IMG/VR virus record: IMGVR_UViG_3300022562_001652 | Span: 1-64,000 of that record | Origin: a virus | Reading direction: 5' to 3' (one strand) | DNA length: 64,000 nt | Part shown: piece after piece, positions 53,377-62,690 of the stretch | How positions within the stretch are numbered: position 1 is the first letter of the stretch | Layout of the letters: each line of letters opens with the position of its first letter | Position numbers and translations under genes: made by a program | Notes under the pieces: generated by a model | The model's input: the letters and a program-made list of their open reading frames with translations, nothing else | The model's database searches: none | Told to the model about the DNA's origin: nothing

Positions 53377-54444
53377 TCACACCACTTCGAAGCGAACCAC
53401 GACCCCGGCCGCTTTCAGCACCTCCAGAATGTACTGCTTCGCGATATCCAGGAGACCTTGCCCTTGAAGATAGACACGGTCGTCATGGACAGGCGTCGTG
53501 GCCGTGTCCGACTGCTCATCGGCATCCGCAGGAGACGCTACGACGGCGTAGAACCCTGCAGGAGGCGTCGCTCCGTTCGCTCCAAGCGTAAAAGTGTCCG
53601 ACGTGTGAGAGAGAATCGGATAGAAGATCGCTCCGTCAGCAAGACGCAAGAAATAGCTGGCATACTGATCAGGAGTGAGGGACAGACCAGAATCCGTAAA
53701 GGTGTCAGGACCTACTGAAGTCGCCTCCCCGGTGACGTACCAGATAGGGGATATGTAGTCCCCTCGATAGCTGGAGGTGCTGTCTCCGGGAACCGTGACG
53801 AAGAACAGAGCCCCTGCCGTAGGCGTGTTCGAGTACGCGGACCCAACGGTGATCTCCGTTTCGTCGGATACGGCGTCGTATGTCGCGGTAGAAATCGTCT
53901 GCTCTTCCCAAGCCCCGTCGATGAGAACAGAACACCCCAAGCCAACGAGGTCGTCGGCCGCCGCGAGCGCGTTGCCCTTGGTCTGGAACACGGTGGTGGT
54001 CGCTCCATCAAGCACGACCCCCGACCAACCATGGAGGTAGGAGGCCGTCTCGTTCGTCGTTCCCAAGAGATCGAACGGAACCTCGATGATCGTCTCGTTG
54101 GGATTCACCTCGTAGACGCGCCACGGCCTTTTTCCATCTGTTACCAGGCTCCCCTGAGAACCGAACACTGCCTCGAGAAGAAAATAGAGCGTGGAAAGCA
54201 GCGTCTTGGGCCCAGGACACGCGATCGCCTGGATGATGCGTCTGTAGAGATCATCGTCGAAGGGTGAGAGATCCGGCCTGCGAATCCGGTAGTTCTGCCC
54301 AAGGGCTGTCAAAAACTTCCCGAGAGACGTGTCTACGAAGAGCATGTCTCTCAGAGAATCGACCGCGCTCTGCTCCTGCTCCGGAATCTCGGTCGAAGGC
54401 GGAACGATCGTGGGGGAGTCAAAGTAGCTACCTGAGGTAGGCAT
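53377..54444 (-). CDS. Baseplate wedge protein (P2 gpI-like)
   Basis: LFVDTSLGKFLTALG...IRRP...DDDLYR; C-terminal LKAAGVVV. Confidence 0.65.
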   Translation of the reverse strand: MPTSGSYFDSPTIVPPSTEIPEQEQSAVDSLRDMLFVDTSLGKFLTALGQNYRIRRPDLSPFDDDLYRRIIQAIACPGPKTLLSTLYFLLEAVFGSQGSLVTDGKRPWRVYEVNPNETIIEVPFDLLGTTNETASYLHGWSGVVLDGATTTVFQTKGNALAAADDLVGLGCSVLIDGAWEEQTISTATYDAVSDETEITVGSAYSNTPTAGALFFVTVPGDSTSSYRGDYISPIWYVTGEATSVGPDTFTDSGLSLTPDQYASYFLRLADGAIFYPILSHTSDTFTLGANGATPPAGFYAVVASPADADEQSDTATTPVHDDRVYLQGQGLLDIAKQYILEVLKAAGVVVRFEVV

Positions 54445-56394
54445 CTATTCCTCCTCCAATCCAAGAACGGTGATCGGGTATACAGTGAACTCAGGAGGAG
54501 CCGGCCATCCCCCATCTCTGAGAACCGTGAACTCAAACCCAGGAGTCGCGGAATCTAGAGAAACGACACCGTTGACGACTCCCTGAAAATTCGGCCCAAA
54601 CTCCGTTCCGTCGTACAGAAAGTCCCAACCCGCACGTCCAGCATAGCGAGCTCGCACGAGCATGCGGCGCATGGGCGCGCTACACAGAACGCGGAAGGTG
54701 ACAGCCGTGTAGCGGTAGACTGCCTGGCCAAGCGGAGGAGACACGAACTGGACAGTTGGCCTGTTTCCCGACCCTCCGGGGTTAATGCACGTATCGAACG
54801 CCGGCTCAGCGACACCCCACGAGAACGTTTCGACCGTCAGATGCCCTTCTGAGTCAAAAGCGTAGGCAGTCAAAGACATGTTCGCAGGCCAACCCCCTCG
54901 ATCAAAACTAAAACGCCAACCGTTCGTGATGGCCACCAAGGTGGAGTTCGTTATGTAAGCAGGCTCGAAGCCCACACCCCAAACATGAGCGAGCTCCCCG
55001 GAGTGCCCTGTAAAGGTAAAAATAGGAATGATGAACGTGATGTCGTCGTCTACGTCCGTAAAATCGACAATGATGACATCGTCTGGATCTATCGCGCCTT
55101 CCGGAGGATCGACGAGAGTGATGACAGGCGGAGAACCACTGAACTCCTCGGTTCCAGCAAACTCGAAAAAGATTCCGCCGGCTACCACTGTCCCACCATC
55201 AAGGTAGACCGACGGCGCATCGTCCGCGTTGGTTCGCCACAGACCACCAAACCCTGATGTGCCTGTGGAATAGCCCTGTTTCCACCCAGTAGGTGGGTTA
55301 GAGGTACCAAAACCAACAGCCATGATCAACATACCGTTTGCTCGATCAGACACGGGGTCATCGAGCGTGAAGGAAAACTCACCGTTGGCGTTGACCGTCT
55401 CGGCCTTGCTCTGAATGATGCCTGTACCACTCCCCACGCTAGGATCGAAGTTGGCCACCTCGATGATACGAAAATCGTGAATCGAGCCTGTAGACGAGCG
55501 TGTCAATCGTATCGTAACCGTCGACGACACAGTTGGGATCGACATCCTCCAGACGTAGTGCTTCCTGGATGTTCCGCTCGTCGCGAACGACTGCTCCACC
55601 GTGAAGGTGTACCCCGTCGCGTCGATCGTCGCAGATTGTGGATGATTGAGGCAGAAGTGAACGAAGTACTGTCTCCCTTTAATCACGTCTACGTTATGGA
55701 TGAAGACGGTAGAAGAAGCCGCTCCTGTGTCGAATGCGAAAGCAACGCGGAAACTAACAGGGTTGGCTCCGTGAAGAATCTCCACGGCGATACCACACCA
55801 TGACGTATTAGGCCCTGAGGCAGACACTGAACCAGTAGGGTCAATTCCTTCGAGAGCCTGAAGCTCTAGTCTGTTGCTAGACGCCCCAAGCTGTATGTCC
55901 AGCGTCTCTGAAAAACCCGTCCTAGGAGTAATGGCGGACGTCGTACTGGCAGCAAAGAAAGCAGCTGTACCATTACGCTGATCGGTGCCGGTAAGACCGA
56001 AAGAAAAAGAGGTTCCGGATCCTGTTCCCTTTGTAGCCGTCCCGACAGCGTTAGCCCCCCAAGTACCGGTAGTGTCAACACCGCTCCACCACTGACCACC
56101 CCAACCGATCGCCGTCTGAGAGGCACCAGCATTTATGGTGACGGCGGTCAGTGTGTCCGTGTCCATCATGGTCCGGAAAAGGCACAGCCTTCTAGTAGTG
56201 CTGATCAGGACCGTGTCTATGAAAACCCACGTCTCTCCCCCATTGCCGGTCAGCGTGGGTTGTGCCGGAGTTGTGTCGTTGGTAAGGGTTGCTACAAGAC
56301 AGACGCAGTTAGCCGGAAGCGTCATGTTCCCGACGATCGAAGAAACAGACGCCCCGCTTCCAGAACCAAGACTTCCTGAAAAAGGTGCCGTCAT
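54445..56394 (-). CDS. Multi-domain beta-rich virion (fibre/baseplate accessory) protein
   Basis: Ser/Thr/Gly-rich domains resembling the N-terminus of 43544..47710; two C-terminal Ig-like repeats each containing GGWPA. Confidence 0.6.
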   Translation of the reverse strand: MTAPFSGSLGSGSGASVSSIVGNMTLPANCVCLVATLTNDTTPAQPTLTGNGGETWVFIDTVLISTTRRLCLFRTMMDTDTLTAVTINAGASQTAIGWGGQWWSGVDTTGTWGANAVGTATKGTGSGTSFSFGLTGTDQRNGTAAFFAASTTSAITPRTGFSETLDIQLGASSNRLELQALEGIDPTGSVSASGPNTSWCGIAVEILHGANPVSFRVAFAFDTGAASSTVFIHNVDVIKGRQYFVHFCLNHPQSATIDATGYTFTVEQSFATSGTSRKHYVWRMSIPTVSSTVTIRLTRSSTGSIHDFRIIEVANFDPSVGSGTGIIQSKAETVNANGEFSFTLDDPVSDRANGMLIMAVGFGTSNPPTGWKQGYSTGTSGFGGLWRTNADDAPSVYLDGGTVVAGGIFFEFAGTEEFSGSPPVITLVDPPEGAIDPDDVIIVDFTDVDDDITFIIPIFTFTGHSGELAHVWGVGFEPAYITNSTLVAITNGWRFSFDRGGWPANMSLTAYAFDSEGHLTVETFSWGVAEPAFDTCINPGGSGNRPTVQFVSPPLGQAVYRYTAVTFRVLCSAPMRRMLVRARYAGRAGWDFLYDGTEFGPNFQGVVNGVVSLDSATPGFEFTVLRDGGWPAPPEFTVYPITVLGLEEE

Positions 56395-56403
56395 TTTTCT
56401 TCT

Positions 56404-57282
56404 TTAGACCTCGTCTGGAAGGAAGTCTTCGTCGCCGAAAAGACCGCCCAGATCGTTGTCGCAGCCTCCGATCGCCGTGAGTAGATTCGCCGTGAGCTCG
56501 CCGTAGGTAACATCAAAGGCAGGAGGCATGAACTGGTGTCTCATGATCTTCGCCTTGTACGTATCGTAGGAGTCCGCCGCCTCGACCAGAGGCTCGAAGA
56601 CCCGAACGAGCCCGACAGCGCCAGAAAGCGTCACCGACGCGTTCGACGCGACGGATGAAAGAGGACTCGTGTGCGGGTTCGTCTGAAGAGAGTCGACGAG
56701 CATCGCCGACGCCTGTGCCGATTCCACGCGTGATCGAATCGCCAGAAAAGGGGACGGATCGGAGAGCTTCGGCGTGAGCGAGGCATGCGTAGCTCCGAAG
56801 AAGAAAAGAGAACGTGAGTAGGCCTTGAAGCTCGACGACCCTGAGGAAGGAGTCGACACGGACGTGACGCCGGTCTGTGTGTTGGCCGTCCCCACGCTCC
56901 CTCCAGGAGCGTAATACCCAAACGGGTAGTTGACCGGATCATACAGGATATCCTGCTGCACGCCTCGACAGGCCTCTACGACGCACACCATCGGCTTGGA
57001 TGCCGAGTAGCTGAAGACGGACGAGGTAGGGCCTTCTTGATCTTCTTCATCCACACTCACGTAGTGAAGAGCGGTGAAGACGATCTGATCACCTATCTCG
57101 ATCGGGTTCGGCTCCACGACCCATGCAGACGGCGGCGTAAGCACCGTCCCCACATATCCCTGAACGACGATGTAGGCGAAGAGGAGATCTCCGGCCTTCA
57201 GGCTCTCAAAGGCAGGCGTAGCCACCTCTATTGAGGAGCCCACGACGGCGCTAGACGTGCTTCCGAGGAACTTGACCGACAT
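56404..57282 (-). CDS. Virion protein downstream of baseplate J
   Basis: AGDLLFAYI...TPPSAW beta-sandwich pattern; helical C-terminal segment. Confidence 0.6.
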   Translation of the reverse strand: MSVKFLGSTSSAVVGSSIEVATPAFESLKAGDLLFAYIVVQGYVGTVLTPPSAWVVEPNPIEIGDQIVFTALHYVSVDEEDQEGPTSSVFSYSASKPMVCVVEACRGVQQDILYDPVNYPFGYYAPGGSVGTANTQTGVTSVSTPSSGSSSFKAYSRSLFFFGATHASLTPKLSDPSPFLAIRSRVESAQASAMLVDSLQTNPHTSPLSSVASNASVTLSGAVGLVRVFEPLVEAADSYDTYKAKIMRHQFMPPAFDVTYGELTANLLTAIGGCDNDLGGLFGDEDFLPDEV

Positions 57283-59603
57283 CAGAACACGAACACGTTG
57301 GCCCCAGTGATGCGGGCCAACTGGCTATCGGCAACGGGTACGTTGGATGACGGAGACACGATCCTCACGTCCGCAACGTCGCGAAGCGCCTTCGTCCTAT
57401 GAATGATCTCGGAAAGAATGATCTCATCCCCCATGCCGAGGTTGTTCACGTAGGCCTGCACCACCTGCTTCACGAGATCGTAGAGAGGGCCAGCCGACAC
57501 ACCGGATCTTGGAAGAACAGCGATCTGGAAAGTCGGGACAATGACCGTCGGCGCCACCACGAGGACTTTCACCCCGTGAGAGCGCACACCCATGAAGTCC
57601 GCGAAGTCGGTCGGATCTCCGTTCACAGCCCGCTGGACCAAAGCAGCCAGCCCTTTAGCGAATGAGTAAGCTCCAACACTAGGAGACACGTTGTCGCCCG
57701 CCGCCACGACGGCGTCGTGGTCCAGGAGAGGATCGGCGACCTCCAAGTCCCCGTTGGCCTCGTTGAAGTTGAACCCCTCTCCAGGAACCAGAGGAAGGCT
57801 CTTTTCAGAAAAAAGAACCTGGTAGGGGCCAGATGCCGGCGTGGCTCCTCCTGCGTCGAGCGTGAAGGTATCAGCCGTGTTGGAAACGATCGTCCAGAGA
57901 TCCTCGTTTGAATCGAGCAACACACGGTTCGCATGCTCGTTCACGGTCATGGTCTGCGTGGTGTCTACGAGCGTATTGGCGCTGGTACCAGTGCTACTCG
58001 AGGAGACGTATGGGGACGAGGCGAGATCGAGAACGGCGTACGCTCCAGACGTGGGGGTACCGCCCGAAGCATCCAAAGTGAAGCGGATCGCCGTGTTCGA
58101 CAGGATCTCGTAGAACTGATCGTCCGCCGTTTTGAGGAACATCCCCGCGAAGGCGTCCGTCGTCATATTTTGCGTCGTGTCTTCCAGGTAATTCGTCCCT
58201 ACGCTCGTGGATTCGCCACGGTTCACGCTCACGTAGACGCGAGGAGTACGCGACACCAAGGGCTGCTCTTGCACGAGGAAAGGAGCGGCAGCATGAAGCC
58301 TCCCTCTCCGATCTCCGGACGTCGCATTGGAGATGAGCACGTCCCTCCCTGTAAACGTCTCTCGCTCCACGACAAAGCTCGTGGATCCGTCGGAGATGTA
58401 CAAAAGAGAGGTCCCAGTGGGAAGAACAGGCTCGATCACCTGTGCGAACCGAACCCTGCTGTTAGACACCTCGTCGTATAGACGAACAACGTGCGTTTCT
58501 ATAGAGAGCGCCGTCCTTCCTCCGAAGCTGGCTACGAAGTTCTCGATCCTCTCGGCGTACTCCTCGTCTTTCTCCCGATCGCGGCCTCCGCCTGCAGGAA
58601 GCGGGTTAGACACCACGGCGCCAGAGAAGGGTGCGGAGGTGATCTTGGAGATCGTCCCAGATCCGACGTTCGTGTCCAACCCGACCACCGAACACAGAGC
58701 GTCTACGAGCTCCGTCCAGAACTCCCCGTCACGAAGAGTGACAGCCTCCAGCGTCTCGAAGGTAACCTGCTTGGAGCTCTCCGTAGCTGGAACGTAGACC
58801 AGCGTCCCTGTGCCCACCACACGGTCACTTCCGAACGTGCTTTGAACGACCACGGTATCGGCCAGATGTGCGAACGTCGTACCAGAACCCAAGGAAAGCA
58901 CGTCTCCAGCACGAGTGAACGTCCGTGCCTCCTCCTGCGCCGTCCCCTGCTCGAAGATCACGGTTCCGGACAGGTTCCACGCTGCTCCGGTCCCAGACGC
59001 GAGGGTAGCCGTCATGCCGCCGATGCTGATGCCGCTCGCCAAGGAGCTGTGCACGGCCGCGAGAGCGACCTCTCCGTATATGGCGTGCGGGTACGCGAAC
59101 GCAGCCGGAGGCCACACTCGCGTGAACACATCTCCATTCCTAGTGAAGACCACGCGCTCGTACCGAGCCGTGCCTCTTTCCACGTCCAAGGCACCTGACG
59201 AAGGAAAGACGTCACCTTCTCCGACACCCAACGTGAAAGTGGTATCGGAAACAAGAACATCTGCAGACAGATGCCCGGATACGAGCAACGTACCGTCCCC
59301 GAACGTAACCTTGGCCGTAGACCCCTCTGCCTGAAGGCGTCGTAGGTTCTTGCGAAGGAGAGTGCCGAAATCCAAAGCCCGACGATCTAGGTCTTCGCCA
59401 CGACAGCTACGGAGACTGAAGAGCTTCGGAATCTTGGACATCTGGACATGGATGTCCGCATCGGACATGGCTGCGGCCTGCATGACGCTGAGGAGCCACG
59501 AACCTATGGTGAAGTCCGAAGTGAGACCCTGCAGCTTGCGAAAGCGCGCGACCATGTTGTCGAGCACTTCCGGGAAGGTCTTGGGTCTATAGATCGTCGT
59601 CAC
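57282..59603 (-). CDS. Baseplate J-like wedge protein
   Basis: SDFTIGS, GEDLDRRA, G...NV..GTI, GGRDREKDEEYAERI, YVNNLGMGDEIILSEI. Confidence 0.9.
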   Translation of the reverse strand: MTTIYRPKTFPEVLDNMVARFRKLQGLTSDFTIGSWLLSVMQAAAMSDADIHVQMSKIPKLFSLRSCRGEDLDRRALDFGTLLRKNLRRLQAEGSTAKVTFGDGTLLVSGHLSADVLVSDTTFTLGVGEGDVFPSSGALDVERGTARYERVVFTRNGDVFTRVWPPAAFAYPHAIYGEVALAAVHSSLASGISIGGMTATLASGTGAAWNLSGTVIFEQGTAQEEARTFTRAGDVLSLGSGTTFAHLADTVVVQSTFGSDRVVGTGTLVYVPATESSKQVTFETLEAVTLRDGEFWTELVDALCSVVGLDTNVGSGTISKITSAPFSGAVVSNPLPAGGGRDREKDEEYAERIENFVASFGGRTALSIETHVVRLYDEVSNSRVRFAQVIEPVLPTGTSLLYISDGSTSFVVERETFTGRDVLISNATSGDRRGRLHAAAPFLVQEQPLVSRTPRVYVSVNRGESTSVGTNYLEDTTQNMTTDAFAGMFLKTADDQFYEILSNTAIRFTLDASGGTPTSGAYAVLDLASSPYVSSSSTGTSANTLVDTTQTMTVNEHANRVLLDSNEDLWTIVSNTADTFTLDAGGATPASGPYQVLFSEKSLPLVPGEGFNFNEANGDLEVADPLLDHDAVVAAGDNVSPSVGAYSFAKGLAALVQRAVNGDPTDFADFMGVRSHGVKVLVVAPTVIVPTFQIAVLPRSGVSAGPLYDLVKQVVQAYVNNLGMGDEIILSEIIHRTKALRDVADVRIVSPSSNVPVADSQLARITGANVFVF

Positions 59604-59628
59604 GCCTGCCTCAGCTTTCTATTATGCC

Positions 59629-61821
59629 CTATCGGGACAGCTCCACAGAACTCGCTCGTTGAGCGTTGACGGGACGCACGTTCATACTCACACGAGCGGT
59701 TCCGGAGCTAAAAGAGAGCTTCAAGTCCGTCACGGTGTCTGTTCTCACGTCCTCCAGAAGGGACTGGCGAGCATAGAAGGTGTACAAAGGCAGGATTTCC
59801 GTCGAAGCAGGACGACCAATCGGTAGAGAAAGCCCGTAGAAAGAATCGAACGGGTGCCCGCCACGGTTGGTCGCCATCCGAAGACGGAGGGCTTGGATGT
59901 AGTTCTCGAGTCCTGCTAGGGTCGCCACATCGCTCAAGCTGTTCAAGACAGCCTTAGCCTTGAGGGGGCTCTTCGTGACCCCGTTCTTGACGTCGAACAG
60001 CAGAAGAGCATCTCGTCCGTACGCGATCTCCTCAAGTGAAGGAGGAGATCGCAGAACGAACTCATCCAAGAAGAGGGAGAAGTCGTCGCCGATCGTGGGG
60101 GTCACGGCCCACGCCCGATTCAGCGTAAGCGTGTCTTCTGTGTTCGAAACCACGTATCTCACAGGATCGACAGTCCCCGATCCCGACAACAGCGTGACCG
60201 TGAAGCCGATCCACTGATCTTCACGCCACGGATCGTGGCTCGCACACACGACCTCCAGGCTCGAACCCGTAGCTGTGATACTGCCTGCGAAGCTAGCCAC
60301 TGGGGGTGTCGGAGGATCGTTTGCGATCGTACTCCCTGTCCCCGTCCTCACAGGAACCTTGATGTACTCACCCCAAGCGATCGTACCGGAAGGCTTTCCC
60401 ACGAGCTCGGCCACGATGTAGGGAAACGAGAGGTCGTTCACGAAGACGAGATCCGTAAACGCATAGATCGTCCCCATCGTCCTGCGAGCCACGTCGTAGA
60501 TCGTCTCTCCCCTATTCACGACCACGCTTCGAAACCCGTCTGTCGAAAGCAGACGAGCGCTATCCGCAACCGGGGACCTGTCCTCTTCTCCGACGAACGG
60601 GTTCACAGGGAGAGGAGATCCCTTCTCCGGCATGAAGTCAGTCGTGAATCCTTCCTTACCACGCACCTCTGCGAAAGAAGACACCCCTTCCACAACCTTG
60701 GAAGAAAGGGGACTCTGATCCCCAAGTGGTGACACCGCGAGGTGATCCACGAGCGACGTGGCTTCGATCACCCACTCGTTCCACTCGAACGCCGGACCAT
60801 CGGACATCTCCTCGTACGTGTAGAGACGCGGCATCTCGTTGAACAAGCGATCCTTGGCTGCTTCGAAAGCCGCGATGGAAGACTGCACGAGAAGCCCCAT
60901 CGAATGCACGAGAGAGGTTCCCTCATCATACAGAGACACGATCTCGTGCACGGCGTCGACGGCCTGGTTGGCTAGCTCTCCGATCGCATACGGAACCGCA
61001 CCGACAGCAGCCCTTCCGTTAGCGACGAGCTCACGCATCCTTCCGATGGCCGATCGTACTGCTGGAAGACCTACAGCGCGTGATAGCCCCGACGCGAAAG
61101 AGCCATCGAGCAAGGAGGTACCGAACGCGACAGTACCAGGGGAAAGAACCGCGTCGGTGATCCGATCGAACAAGGAGATAGACGAACGTGGACGACGGGT
61201 CACGATGGAAGATCCGGATGGCTCGATGCATGTGAATCGGATCTCGTAGTCGTGCAGAAAGTTTCGCCCAGAAGAAAGGCGGAGAACGAACACCTGAGGC
61301 TCGATCAACCAGAACTCATCGTACTTCGTGTCGAAGTAGTGCATGCGTACCTGGTTCCCTTTCCTCTTTTCGAGCCCAAACTTGTTGAAGAGGTGCTTGA
61401 GTTCCAAGAACGCCTTGTAGCCGCTTCGGTTGGCCCTGCTCTCGTTCGCAGCAGTACTCTCGTCGACCAGCCTCCCAGAAAAACGCGTAGAAGACGCGAC
61501 CCCAGCAGCTTCTCTACGTGACAGGAGAGGATGAAGTCCCGTCGTTCCGACGATGACGGCGCTCTTCACGAGCTGTCCTCTCGACTCGATGATCTTCCCA
61601 CCTCCCTGCGAGAAGGTGATAGCTGTCGCAAACGGCTCGCTATAAGAGACCTGCTGCGGATTCAGCGCAAGGCCTACGTAGTCCGAAGATCCGACAACAT
61701 CGTCGATGTTCGCACGGAAACGAGCATCCTGATCACTGGGATCGAACTCCAAGTAGAAACCGTACATGGAAGCATCGGCCCAACGGGAAGCCGGAGGTGG
61801 AGGAGGGAGACGGAGCGTCAT
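59629..61821 (-). CDS. Baseplate protein with LysM-like and C-terminal gp25/GPW-like domains
   Basis: VVNRGETIYDVARRTMG...LVFVNDL; GLENYIQALRLRMATNRGGHPFDSFYGL...LLEDVR. Confidence 0.7.
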   Translation of the reverse strand: MTLRLPPPPPASRWADASMYGFYLEFDPSDQDARFRANIDDVVGSSDYVGLALNPQQVSYSEPFATAITFSQGGGKIIESRGQLVKSAVIVGTTGLHPLLSRREAAGVASSTRFSGRLVDESTAANESRANRSGYKAFLELKHLFNKFGLEKRKGNQVRMHYFDTKYDEFWLIEPQVFVLRLSSGRNFLHDYEIRFTCIEPSGSSIVTRRPRSSISLFDRITDAVLSPGTVAFGTSLLDGSFASGLSRAVGLPAVRSAIGRMRELVANGRAAVGAVPYAIGELANQAVDAVHEIVSLYDEGTSLVHSMGLLVQSSIAAFEAAKDRLFNEMPRLYTYEEMSDGPAFEWNEWVIEATSLVDHLAVSPLGDQSPLSSKVVEGVSSFAEVRGKEGFTTDFMPEKGSPLPVNPFVGEEDRSPVADSARLLSTDGFRSVVVNRGETIYDVARRTMGTIYAFTDLVFVNDLSFPYIVAELVGKPSGTIAWGEYIKVPVRTGTGSTIANDPPTPPVASFAGSITATGSSLEVVCASHDPWREDQWIGFTVTLLSGSGTVDPVRYVVSNTEDTLTLNRAWAVTPTIGDDFSLFLDEFVLRSPPSLEEIAYGRDALLLFDVKNGVTKSPLKAKAVLNSLSDVATLAGLENYIQALRLRMATNRGGHPFDSFYGLSLPIGRPASTEILPLYTFYARQSLLEDVRTDTVTDLKLSFSSGTARVSMNVRPVNAQRASSVELSR

Positions 61822-62690
61822 TGAAGAACCACCACGTCGGAGAGATCGTCCTCTTCCATGCTCTTCGCACTAGGAAGAGTAATAGGACTACCAAAACCAC
61901 TGGTACCGGCACTCGGGTCGAACGCCGGTTTAGAAGTAGGTGCACCAAACACAGAATGCAGGTGGCTTAGAAACTTGTCCTTCAGGTTGTTGTGATCACT
62001 CACGAGAGCGTTGAACCGCTCGAGCAGGTTGTCCCCCTTCACGGCTGGATGCACCGCGTCCATTCCGAGCTGGATGGAGCCAGTTCCTTCTAGCTGCACA
62101 TGGAACGACCGATCCGTAGGACCTTCGACCACGATATTCCCTTCTGGAGTGATCGTGACTTTTGTCGGAGAGCTGCCGACGATGCGTGTGATGGACGCCG
62201 TGCCGTCCTCCTTCACCTCGAACACTGTGTCGTAGTGGCGCACCACCCTACGTTCGCCGTTCGAAGAAGCAGACGCGTAGCTCGATGACGTGCCGCGTGG
62301 GATCGCCCCCAGGATCACTGCCCTCTCCCGAGAACCGTTCAGGAAACCCACCAGAACGATGTCTCCGTCCGTGTCCCGCGCTCGTGTCGTCGTCTTCGAA
62401 AAAGAACCACCGTTCAGATTGCGGGAAGCAGGGTGGTAGACGACCTCTTCTCCGTTCGACACGCCACCGCTCCGCTCGAGAGATCGGGCTCCGTGGATAG
62501 GTTGTCCCGTAGCCGTGTCTCGGAGGTCGTACTCTACTCCTGTCCTGTTTCTGTTCCCGTCCTCGTCCACGAAGCGTCGATCGATCACAAGCGCCTCCAC
62601 CAGGCCACTGATGGAGTACCCAGAAAGACTACCAACAAGGACCGTCCCGACCCCCGCTTGCCTCGGATGCCCGTCGTACGCGTCGCTCAT
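61818..62690 (-). CDS. Baseplate central spike (gpV/gp45-like)
   Basis: GDIVLVGFLNG...AVILG OB-fold pattern; IQLG...AVKGD; HLH tip motif. Confidence 0.75.
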   Translation of the reverse strand: MSDAYDGHPRQAGVGTVLVGSLSGYSISGLVEALVIDRRFVDEDGNRNRTGVEYDLRDTATGQPIHGARSLERSGGVSNGEEVVYHPASRNLNGGSFSKTTTRARDTDGDIVLVGFLNGSRERAVILGAIPRGTSSSYASASSNGERRVVRHYDTVFEVKEDGTASITRIVGSSPTKVTITPEGNIVVEGPTDRSFHVQLEGTGSIQLGMDAVHPAVKGDNLLERFNALVSDHNNLKDKFLSHLHSVFGAPTSKPAFDPSAGTSGFGSPITLPSAKSMEEDDLSDVVVLQ

